The notes below the pieces were generated by a model, which searched no databases, was not told the DNA's origin, and saw only the letters and a program-made list of their open reading frames with translations. Made by a program: the position numbers and the translations under genes. Of a DNA stretch of 64,000 bases, positions 35,861 through 47,198 are shown piece after piece; position 1 is the stretch's first letter; every line of letters begins with the position of its first letter. The stretch is from Marsupella aquatica (Eukaryota > Plantae > Marchantiophyta): positions 4,157,241 through 4,221,240 of the forward strand of contig OZ316899.1 of the NCBI GenBank assembly GCA_973895155.1, given 5' to 3'.

Positions 35861-37190
35861 TTTGGTCTTTGTGGACTTGGGCCTTGGTGCACACCACTAT
35901 TTTGGACTTTGTGGGGTAGTAGCCTAGTAGGAATTGTATAAGAAGTGAAGTTTTCCTTGAGGCCAATGTCCATTCTTCCATTGTGTTCTTGCACATACTT
36001 GCTCTAGCTTGAGGAGTAGTGCTTGGATGGGGAGTTTGTGCCATGTATGAACCTCATTGTGTGTGTAGTAAAATGCTTTTACTTTGAAACCACACCTTGA
36101 TGTGTACATGCACCTATGTTGAAGGAAGCTAGGTTGTTGATTGTGTTCCAATGGAGAAGTGGATGAAGATATAAGGCCTTGGCATTTGTTATGTTGAAGT
36201 TGAGAGGTGGAAGATTGTGCATTTTGAAGTTGTGTTATTAATAGTGTTTTGTTAGTGATAAGAGAAAGCTTAGACATTGAGTTGGTCACAAACTAGAGAT
36301 GTGTGGTTGAAGATCTTGGGCAGGAGCTTGAGGCGAGTCAAGACTCATCGATTAGACTTGGGGATGAAAGAAGTTTAAGTGAGTACTAAGGTCATTGATT
36401 AGGGTAGGGAAGGAAGATGGTTCATAGGTGACAGCTATGAATATTTGGGTTTTATGGGAGAAGGATGAGAGTTGAGAGTGTGTGAGTTGAAGGTAGTTTC
36501 AAGCAGAATCTACACTTGTGGTGGTGGAAACCAAACTACCTATTAGTGTGAGTATTTTGACATGATAGCAATAAATGCCCGAGGAGGACCCCCCAATAGG
36601 ACCTGGTTGACATTAAAGGACAGTATTATAAGATATTTAGTGGTAAATAACTCATTAGTTCTCATGCAAGTTGTTGACAGGGCATACCCTCAACTTCATG
36701 TGGATACTATTCAATCATGAGACTTACCGTGATGATGGAGAATCCAGGAAGAGTGGAGTTCTGGCTTCCATTTCCAACTGGTCCCAATCTTCCTGGTCTA
36801 CTTCCATGGTAGGCCTCTCACCCTGAGGTGCATGTGGTCCAAAGTGAACGTCCACAAGGTGGGAAAAAGCTTCCTCTTGAAGAATGGGTGCATCCCCCTC
36901 ATCTCCATCGTCCTCATCAAATTCTCCATCATATGCATCATGGTACTCCTCATGGTCACTATCCCCCTCAGCATCTTCCTCATCAGAAAAGTGCAGAGTG
37001 GCACGTAGGTGAAAGTCACATGCTGACATTGTCATCATGGATGGGTGAGGTGTAGGGGTAATGTATGCACCATCCTACAATTGTTAAAATAATTATTTAA
37101 TACAACATTATAATCAAACAAATAATACAATATGATTTAATGCAATATGCAACAATGGGTCCATATATTCTGAATATATCATGTCGATCC

Positions 37191-38007
37191 TCAATGCCAA
37201 TCATAATCTACAAAAATCTCTTCCCCTACTTGAATGGTGCGGCTAGCATGGGTCAAGATGTAACGAGTACAAGCCTGTGGCAAACGAGGGTGGGTCTGGT
37301 CATGGTACTCATGCCACTCAGCGTTTGGCCTAAAACCTAAACGCCAACAACCCACAATGCTATTGATGTAACCTGCCAAGTTTCCAGTGCGGGGTGGATA
37401 ACCATCCATCTGAGCATACCTAGGGTCTAGCTTGATAGACATGCCCTATCAACCAAAGGTTGGACATTGTTGAGACAAGATGCGCCATCGCTGTGCACAA
37501 TACTTTGGCCCAAAGAATGGAAAGAGCTGAGGCAAGTCCTTGGGCTCACAATCAACAGGGACCACAATATCTACAAGTGCAAATAATCCTAATCCTACGT
37601 TAGGGCCCAATGTGGAGGGAAGGAGGACCCAAGGGCGACCCCAGACTATGATAGGCTCCCTGATTGGAAGGTCCAATGGGAGCCCAAATTGGGTAGGGAA
37701 TGAGTCCTTTATGATGTCCAAGGCTCTCCCACGTACGTAACTCTCTCGGTTCCCGGGCACTAGATGCATCAAGAAAAGGGCAACGGGGTGGCCTCATCCT
37801 AGTCAGACAAGACTCCAACGACCGTGGTCTAGTACTGACCACTACTCCCCTCTCAATAGGGTGCACCCGTGCCACCCTCACCCTATCAAATACACGGTCT
37901 ATTGCCCGTAAGGTGGCATCTAGTGCCGATGGGGGGACTAGTGCTGAGAGCGCTCGACGTGCAACCTCTCTCATGCAGTCCTTAGGGGGAGACCGTACAA
38001 TAAGAAT
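37191..38007 (-). pseudogene. SET-domain lysine methyltransferase-like exon inside the first TnpD intron
   Basis: GLGLFA, GNLAGYINS...PNA, A.R.I.VGEEIFVDY. One frameshift near 37790 and an in-frame TGA TAG at 37446-37451. Confidence 0.82.
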
Positions 38008-39131
38008 CTGTTCCACATGTATGCAACAAAATTTCAGAAAGTGAGAAACATGAACATTGCTCAAGAAGCCAACCTACCCCAACCTAGTAAAAGTTAAAGT
38101 TACTCAAAATGGTTGTGCAAAAGGATAAAACTTACCTCTGGTGTCGGTGGAACATAACGACCGTGGATCCCTAAGTGGCTAACAATGGTAGTGCTCTCGT
38201 GAGATACAATGCCCTTGCATCGTCTACAAGGGCAAGGCATCTTACGGACTGGTCCAATACCACAAAGAGCAGCCATGGCCTCTCCAAACCCCTCTTCCAC
38301 TGGCAAAGGTGAGCTGTATGCCTGGGGCTCACGTGACCACCGGCGACAGTGTGACCAATGACGGCGGCTCCTCTCTCTCCTTCCGTCCTTGTGACTGGGA
38401 CGGTGATGACGTCAAGATCCACTAGTCGTCCTCCGGGGCAATGACTCACGACCCCTGCTCTCTGGTGAATAATCCCTCCTTTGCGGCGAATAATCCCTCC
38501 TATCCAGTGAGTCATCCCTCCACCTATCCGGCATATAGTCCCTCCTCCTAACCAGCGAATGATCCCTCCTCCTATCCGGCAAATAGTATCTACCCCTATC
38601 ACGATGCCAGTATCTGGAGCCAAGACTCGTATCCCCATCATCTCTCTTATCGGAGAGAGAGTCCGATGCATAGATCACCATGCCCTGCAACAAATTGAAC
38701 CGTCTTTGATTAATGTGTAGGGAAGGATCCATACCCTAAACATACCACACAAACCCTAACCCTAAAGTACAATGCCATACAGTACGTTACAAGGCTAACA
38801 GTCATTTTTCAAAGAAACCCTAACATTTAATGTCGTCAATGGACCCGCAAACAACGACCCTTAAAACACGAAGGACGACGTTTATCTAGATTAACGTTGT
38901 TATGTACGAGGTATTATGTATGTCGGTTTAGGTAACCACGTTTATAACGACGTAAAATTAGGAAATTGGCGGATCCGCGAGGTTAGGCATCCCCGGTCAT
39001 TTCCTTTGGGAAACATCGGGGGAGTATCAAGGGATTGTTTGAATGTGACTCACATTTGACATTCCCCACCTCTAGTCCTTACCTCTCCTTGCCTCCTCTA
39101 CCTCACATAATCGCTCACAGAATAGTCTGCC

Positions 39132-41243
39132 ATGTTGTATCCAGGCTATCTTCCCTATAGTGTGAACTTTGATGCACTGAAGGTGGGCCTGGAGGATCCA
39201 GAGGAGTTGGAGAAGGTGCATCAAGCCCTACATTTGACACATTCACTAGTTCAAGCATTCAACCACAGCTGGCAATTCATGGGAGGACAAGGAACAAAGG
39301 AGTCCAGGTTTATAGAATACCTGGAGAGTATTGAGGCCAACACTCCTGCCGACGAGGAGGGGGTCGAGATTGAGGAGGGGGCCGCGATTGAAGTGCCTGA
39401 ATCCACGCCTGAGCTTGATGGGGCATCGATTGATATGCTACCTTCATTCCTGAGTCTACCAGACGATGGTTGGGATGATCTTGCCTTCACTGGGATTCAG
39501 CTAGATTCTCAGGCAGCAGCTTGAACTCCTATCAAGAGTCAAGTGACAATCCCACATTAGAGATACAGGCCAGAAGATGATAGGAGGGACCATTGGCAAC
39601 ATAGGATGAGGAGGAGGCGATCTCATTCTTTGTCAAACAGCAGCACTGAAAGGAGAAGGCGAAAGGGGAAAGGATCCAATGACCAGAATGCAGGCACTTC
39701 TAGCAAGAGACGTAGGGGAGATTGACATACAGGAGCAGAGAGGAGAGAAGACCACTCACGATCGTTTCCTCTAGAGCAGCGACGTCCTTCTCAGCAAGCT
39801 GCAGCTGCTTCTGCCAACAGGGAGCACCTTCCCACCATCACCCTTGCCGCTTTTGATGCTAGGTTGGATGTCATACATGAGAAAGCACTCACGAATAGAG
39901 TGCAGACGTGCGTAGTTAAACATTGTCCCGGCTGGACTACTTGGAAGGAGCTTGTGCATAACCAGAAGAAGTTCCAATTGCTCCTGAATGACGTGCAAGC
40001 TGGATTCAGAAATGGGCGAGAGATTGACTATGGCCACATTAGGAAGAAGATCGTGAATCACCTAGCTGATCGGCGTTTCAGGTGGAGAGCCAAGGTCCAA
40101 AAACTGAGATGCTTGAGGACAGGGGATTACAAGAAACCTGATGGGATGAGTGAAGAGGACTTCAAATTGATTGTCTCCGAATTGGAAGCAGCCCTAGACA
40201 TCCCAGTTGGCAAGCGAGTGCATATGGGAGACAAGGCCACTGCTGTTCGAAAAGCGAGTGGCAAGAAGGTGACTAATTTTGGGGGGCAGGGAGGATGGGG
40301 AGGATTTCTTGCAACCTATGTAAGTGCAGTGACTCACTCTATACTCATTGAAGTCTGCATTCGCCAGTTCGTGTGCTGCCGTGGTGTAATCCTGTGCTTT
40401 ACGTCGTTTTTTAGTATTAACGTCATCTTGGCCGCGCATTACCTTGCCTCTTACGACATTTTCTCAGTAGTACCTCGCTTTGAACTACGTTAGCACTACA
40501 TTAATGTCGACAGGACAACGTTAATACTATGGGGTCGCCCTAAACTTCTTACAAGACAACGTATGTATTAGTAACATCGTATGATGATAGGTAAATAACA
40601 TCATCTTGAACGACGTAACTTCCCTTTGCTGCAGAAGTGGAAATATGGCCGAGATGCCAAGTCAAGTGAGCAAGAGCGGCTATACTCTAAGCAATATGGC
40701 TCGGCAGCCCTATGGGCAAAGCTTGACTCTGTTCCGGATGACCACCCGGTAAGTGTGCTAGCTTGTTTAGTACCATTCCATAGACCTAGACTGAAACGGT
40801 ATCTTATGCAAACCTAGACTGAAATTGTATCTCGTGCACACATGGATTGGACTGCACTAGAGGGTTTAGTAGCACGACCCATTGAGGAGGATGAGGAGCC
40901 CGACACTATAGCCCTGGAGGAGGGTACCCAGGAGGAGGACCCAGTACCTTGCAGTCAGCAGGGCTCCACTTCTCGTGACCTTTTCCCTACACTGGAGACT
41001 CATAGGGCCAGAGGACAAGGAAGGGAGAGACAGAGGGAGGAGGGAGATAGTGAGGGAGGGAGAGATAGAGATAGAGAGAGGAGGAGGAGTGGTGAGAGGC
41101 GGTCCACTAGGGTAACACGTAGCACCAGGCAGATAGTGCCAAAACCTAGAGGCAAGGCTCCACCCTTAGCTGCACCAGAACCAAAAGGCAGTAGCAGTGG
41201 CTCAGAGCAGGATGCCAAGCAGTATCAGTTGCGTCGGCGATGA
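39132..41243 (+). pseudogene. TnpA-like (Transposase_24/Ptta-like) multi-exon gene, divergent from TnpD
   Basis: KKPDGMSEEDFKLIV...VTNFGGQGGW pattern. GTAAGT donor at 40320, CAG acceptor at 40634, further exon 40842-41243. Confidence 0.6.
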
Positions 41244-42579
41244 GGCGGAGTATCGGGACGTGATAGGCCCCATTCTCAACGGCATTAGGTTGTAGGTATT
41301 TCAGTAGCAGTAGGTCCTCCATGCATTATGTACATATTTTTTGCCATTTTGATTCAGGCCACCCATTTGTGGTGGCACCTCATTCCGGGTTACAATATGG
41401 AAAATAACATGGATATAAGTGTATTTTATGTGTGTGAACTGAACCCTAACAAGGACCCCACCCAGACAGTGCAATGTGTAATAGGACGTACGTCACACCA
41501 CAAGAGCACAATACATCATCCCCTACTACGTTAACTTACCCATACGTCTCAAAAGAGGTCGTAATTTACCGGCCATGGACGATGCTAAAATAATACAACG
41601 TTAAGTGCATGGCACATTACGACATACTAGACGTGGTTAATGTTTTATTACGTAGCGTTACACGACGTTTATGGGTAAAGTTAAACACTAGCGTTGGGTA
41701 TATTTTATGTAGTCTGACATGTTGTAAAACCATTACCTCCTATTGTACGACGTTAAGAACAATATGCTGGATGTGGTAAAGAGCATCTCCCCAAACGTGG
41801 TAATTAATGTCGCTCTATTAACGTCGTGAATGAGGTCTTTCCTCCGTTGGCAATATATGTCGTGATTAACATCTTCTAAAAGTCCGTTAATCAGCCTAAA
41901 ATGTAGTTGTGTGTGGAGGTTGAGTTCCAAGAGTGCTCGGTCCTTAGACCGTGAGTGAGGCAAATTGGGAGTCGGTTGTACAAGGCGGGGCCATTCTGGT
42001 CCCGACGTGCTAGGACAAGCTTTAGGACAAGCTGCACTATTTGGGCCATGAGCATGTCTTGAGGTCAGGGCGATCAGTTGGTGATGGATAGGTACGAGGG
42101 GGAACACGGGCCGCGCCCATGGAAGGAGCTATTCTGGACAAACAGTGGGCGTGGGTTTTGGTTCCGGCTTATGGCATCGGGAGGACCTATCGCTGACCTA
42201 TTTACCAATGTCTATTGAGCTTGAGTTAGGATGCTAGACTTGGCGAGTTCTAGATCCTGAAGGGTTACTTACCGAGCTACTTGGTTGCTTGTGCAGACAA
42301 TGAGGATCGTTGAGTAGTGATCGTGTAGGTGAGCAATTGCGGCTTTGTATGGGAGGGGCCGCTGGTGGTGCAAGGGGCACTAGGGCGCTTGCTCGAGGTA
42401 TTTTGTGGAGGCATTTGGGCACGAGGGGCACTTAGGCGTGAGTGTTGGGATTGGTGAGGGCGCTGGGTGGCAAGGTCCACCACTGGGTTTAAGGTCTCAT
42501 TTTTAGATGTTGACACATACGATAATGTAATCTTGGCCGTCAATTGATCGGAATTTGTTTGTGATAATTTTATCGGAGT

Positions 42580-43600
42580 TGGTATCGCTCGTGGAATAAT
42601 GACCTAATGTTTGTACGTGAATGAGCCCTTTCTTAGTTGCAGCGATAAACTTATTGATGTTGCATTGCAAGTGACTTGTCCTTGTGTTGTGTTGTTCAAG
42701 GTTGAATCTGCATTTCCGCTATTGTTGTTTTTTGTTCTGTGGTTTGTCAGAGTGATAAATTTATCACTCCTTGCATTGAGATTTGCAGACTTTGTCATCA
42801 AGGGTTCTAGTGGAAAGAGTGGATCTGCCAAGGCTGAAAGTCTCATGACAAGCCTCACAAACGCAATTTGGACAAGTGAAGACATTTGTGATGAGGTCAA
42901 GTTCATCAAAAAACCATGGTACTTTTGGGACACCAGGTTACAGTCCAAGGATATGGCAAACTGTGAGTCTCCTATCCTTTGGGTCCAAATGCAAAAATCC
43001 GCAAAGGTTACTCTCTCATTTGGCCCGGTTGTTGGTGTGGCAATCCGTGAGTACTTGATTAGCCAGGGAGACTGAGGCAAAAGTGTTGAAAGAGGGCTTG
43101 AGTTTCTTGGCAATGTGCGGACGCAAGGGATTCACCTCTGTCATTGTTACCATGGAGAACTTTCTTGAGAAATCCCTTGAGCGTTACCCAGAAGACCCGC
43201 TCGTCGCGAAAGTTTGGAAAGCAAAAGTAATGAATCTTATGGGCCTGGTTGGGTGTGCCAGTTTGTCCAAGATTGTAATCTCATCATGCTACCAAGGGTG
43301 AACACAGAGTACAAGAGGCTCACTGGTGAAGAATTCAGACCCATCCAGAAAATAGTCATTAAGAGGCCTGGTTCAAACGGGAGTGGTGCTTTGTTGGCAA
43401 AAAGTGTTGGAGGAACTACTATGGACGAGCACGCAAGCTATCTACGGAAGGGAAGTGGGAGGGGGAAAGGAAGAGGAAGAGGGAGCACCAAGGGAGATGC
43501 CACTGGTCCTTCCAAGGACGGGAGAAGGAGCCAGGGGACCGGTGTTAGCGGAGGGGGAGGAAGGGGCAGCGACAATTGTCGAGGTCGTGCAGGTTTAGGT
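42580..43600 (+). repeat. ~1 kb coding module, copy 1 (direct repeat of 54235-55233)
   Basis: Colinear DNA and protein similarity (SLTNAIWTSEDIC...EYKRLTGEEFRPIQKIVIKRPG...GRGKGRGRG). Confidence 0.88.
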
Positions 43601-43813
43601 GCTCATTTTTGTTTTGGGCTTTGTTTGCGATAATTTTATCAGAATTGGTGTAATAGCTGTCTAAATTAGAAACTTAGAAATAATGAAAAAAATTTAAAAT
43701 TTTGTAGTTAGAAATAGATTAAACATAGCCAATTAATCTACTTTTAGATATAAGTAAAGTTAAGACTTAAGTTAGGCAGATTAGTGGATAATACCCTGAG
43801 TTATTAAGTAGGG

Positions 43814-46682
43814 GTGAGACAAGCCAGAAGAAACTACTATCGATGTTTTCGAAGCACGGAAGGAAGATTGGTGCTTCCAAGTTTGACGGTGCGTTACAAA
43901 GAGCATTTTGGCGTAAAAGCACAACGGCGCTTTGGAGCAAAAGCGCAACGGCGTTTCGGGGGAAAAGCGCAACCGCACAACAGCATTTCGGAGCAAAGGC
44001 GTAAGGGCGCAACAGAGCGAAAGCGCAACGGTGGATCACTTGGCATTGATCTCTTCGGATTGATAGTTGGTGACAACGCCTTGTTCCTTGTTACTATGGT
44101 AGACAAAGGGGGAGAGATGACTGCGAGAAGAGTTCCCTTACCTAAGGCCGTCCCTGTGACATACCCTACGATGGAAAGAAACTTGCACGTTTTGAAGAAA
44201 GCACTGGCGGTCATGCACCTGAGTAAATTGCTCACTCTGCCTTGGTCCGTAACTTCATTAAGTTTCCTAAAGGATTTCAGTGATGGGGCACGAATCGAAG
44301 TTGGTATGGTGGGAACTGCTCGGGCAAATCCAGAATTCTGGACTCTGCAATTTGTTGTTGATGCTTTCGGCTGTCCCGCCGAAGGTGACAGCCTTCACTC
44401 ACGACAAGGAGAGACTGCGAGGCCTTATTTTTCTGGAACTCAAAACGTTTGCCATGGATGGAAATGGACCAGTGCACCGATTATACTCTTAAAATCATTT
44501 TAGAGCTTTTGATTCCAATTCTCCATCCCATTCGGCCACATATGATACCTGTGTCACTTGCCAATACTATTGTGGCAAGTTGGAAGGGAGTTGCTCAGAT
44601 AAATTGGGCCTTGTTGCTAAGACAAGTTATTTTATCTCAAGTAAAGAAGGTGAAAATGGATGAGTTCACTACTCTCCCTGCTTGTCTTTGCCAGTTATAC
44701 TTTCATGGGAATTGCTTACTTCCAGGCCAACAAGAGGAGCGGATCAGACTGCTTGATGAATTTGATCTTAGTGAATCAGGACAAGAGGATACTGAAGGAG
44801 AAGATGCTGATGAAGTTGAACCAGAGTTTACTCCTCTTACCAGGGAGAACCACTTGTGGAACCCAGAAGTACCTCTTCACCAATTCCTGATAACCCTCTA
44901 TCCCCTTTTGAAGATCTCAATCAGGATAGAAGACTTTACACCCCCCTCAATTCCAATCTCGATGAGTATACATCCAAACTAGAGGTTCCCCCACCGCCTG
45001 TACCTGTAGTTGACATCTCTGTCCCTATTACTCTTTGCTCACCTACAGTCCCAACTCAAAATTTATCTGTAGACAGCTTGACCCCTTCTATGAGATCCCG
45101 CAAGAGACCCTTCATGTTCAGCAAACCAATGGCTGATGAACTGAGAGTAGAATCTAATCAGCAAATTATTGATAAGTTAAGCAACTTATTGATCTGTGAA
45201 CCTGAGGAGATAGTTGACTATGTTGAGAGGTTAAGAGCAGCCTCTGCGACTCTGCCTGAACCTAGTAGTCCCGACTCTCCATACTCTCCAACCCAAGGTC
45301 CTACTCAGTTCTATCCTGAGGTGATGGAGCTATTTCAACCCACCTCCAATATTAGGGTTACAAATATTACTGAAGCTGAACCAATGGAGGAAAATGATGC
45401 ATCACCCAGGTTAGAGCTTCAACAGACACTATCTGCCTCCCCAGGTCATTCTGCTGAACACTATTCTACTCTTGTCAATAAAATGACTGACATGTTGGAG
45501 TGTGATGAGAGACACTTAATTGATGTCTTAGATGATCTTTTGCATAAGACATCAGCTTTACTTACCCGAGATCATCATCGAGAATATTGTGAGGATTTAG
45601 TCCACGGGCTTACACAGATTTTCGGATGCAACTCCAAGCAAGTCTATTATGCTGTCCGTTATCATACCTCAGCATCTGGCTCTCCCATTTACTATTCTAC
45701 CCCTCCTTCTAGTCATTCACCCCCCTCTTCTTACAGTCCTTCAAATCAACCAGACCAGCTCTACCCTAGTTTTCCAAAACCTGAGATCACACCTACAGGT
45801 GAACATCTTGCCATTTCCTATTCTGACATCCTTCCACCAGGTCAAGATAAATCCTGCCAAGTCCATTTCATTCCTACACTCCATATTGACCCTTAAACCC
45901 CTCAGGAGAATATTACACAATTTGCTGAGTTTGTCAGAGTTTCAGACCTTAGAACTCCTCCCATTTTAGAGTTTTGGCAATACTATCATAAGAAGAGAGT
46001 TGAATGTCTCTATATCCTGAAGCTTCATCTGAAGGATGTCACCCGCCTAGAGATAGTAGAGATGGATGAGATCTGGACAGAGGCTAAATATTTTTGCCCT
46101 ATTCTTGCTGTCATAATCCTAGTTGGACACATTGTACTGGAGAATGGAGATCTGGCCCTGGCATACTTTGGGAATTTACGTGCCTATGTCTTGGAATTCA
46201 TCATCAACTTTTTGAGACAAACCAACAAACGATATCAGGTCGACCATGGTGTCCTACCAGAGGAACCTTTTATTGTTCAACAATTTATCTCACCAATTGC
46301 TGAGAGTCAGAGAATCTGGAACAACATCACTTCCCAACGGTTGGCTGATTACACCCTGAAGTGGCGGGAACTCTTACCTAGTGTCACCCCACTTCTATCA
46401 CTTGCCAAGGACTCTAACACCTTCATCAACAAGTTTCCACGCAACTACCACACCACTTGTTGTAGTTATGATCTGGTCGGCATCTATATGCAAGCTAGCA
46501 AGGTGAACACTATGTTTCTTAGGAGACTACTCCCCATTCTAAATGCTGAACGACAAATCAGGTCTCTTCCATTTGCTCGACATGATATGCAGGTTATGGA
46601 TTTCCTTCAAGAGGTGATTCGAACTGAGACATTCAAGAGTTTTCAACAACCGGACCAGTTAGCACTACTTCAGGAGGATTGA
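43814..46682 (+). pseudogene. TE accessory ORF block (plant-mobile-domain/Transposase_32-like, S/P-rich ORF, unknown ORF)
   Basis: Long ORFs 43814-44503, 44449-44982, 44856-45896 and 46062-46682. The LLTLPW...DF...WTL..VVDAFG pattern is followed by an acidic linker. Confidence 0.45.
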
Positions 46683-47198
46683 CCTATTCCATCCTTCGAG
46701 TCAGGATTAGTCAATCTCCACCATTTTTGTTAAATAGTTATCATAGTTAGAAAAGTCTCATACTTTTCCAGGAGGTAGCTCTTATCTAGCAGACCATACC
46801 CTGAAAGTATCAACTTAAACCGACATGTAGTTTAGAAGTTATAGCATTTTTAATTTTTCTTAAGCGTGATTGCGCAAAGGCACAACGGCGCTACGATGCC
46901 AAAGCACAAAGGCGCTTCCGACACTTAGAAAATTTTCCGGAACAGTGTATTTTTTATCCAACAGCACTTTTCACCTATTTTATTAAGGCACTTAGACACC
47001 TGAAAAGTCTGAAATTTTGCCAGCATGTAGCATGTATGTAAACCTTCCGCCTGGAAAAGTTTCACCCTATTATGACCTTTATGTTAGAAATTAAAATGCC
47101 AATAAACTCACTATTTATTAGTTTTGTCACAAAAATGCAAAAACACTTTCAATCCAGTTTACACTAGGGATAACTTTTGGTTAGTTTTTCATTCCAAG

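Larger units (their letters stand above)
32200..38732 (-). pseudogene. CACTA TnpD-type transposase, multi-exon, disrupted
   Basis: Exon 1 carries an RS-rich region and CPCRRC...HL..HG (Transpos_assoc). Also ARTPLF, IHMCPSGC, AIDGVNPY, LDPMHI, LKSHDYH, HLLCHLVDE and WMYWVERFMKVLK. GT-AG junctions are phase-compatible (38136 to 37074; ~36727 to ~35169). Confidence 0.92.
28527..41911. mobile_element. Element D: CACTA/En-Spm-superfamily DNA transposon with cargo genes
   Basis: 14-bp TIRs CACAACTACATTTT (28527-28540, 41898-41911), 3-bp TSD TGT, subterminal repeat clusters, TnpD-type transposase and TnpA-like gene. Confidence 0.95.
27542..42484 (+). repeat. Element A 3' LTR (27542-28526 plus 41912-42484), interrupted by the CACTA element
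   Basis: The two halves join into a complete AGT...ACT LTR across the TGT duplication. Confidence 0.92.

Noticed and set aside
37074-37191. A continuous SET-transposase fusion protein
   Set aside because: The SET frame ends in a stop after DYDWH and no convincing donor follows, so an alternative terminal exon fits better. A fusion is not fully excluded.
2658-42489. A single intact element A spanning 2663-42484
   Set aside because: The outer flanks GAAAG and GGGTT are not a TSD and the first LTR lacks its middle, so the pairing is unsupported.
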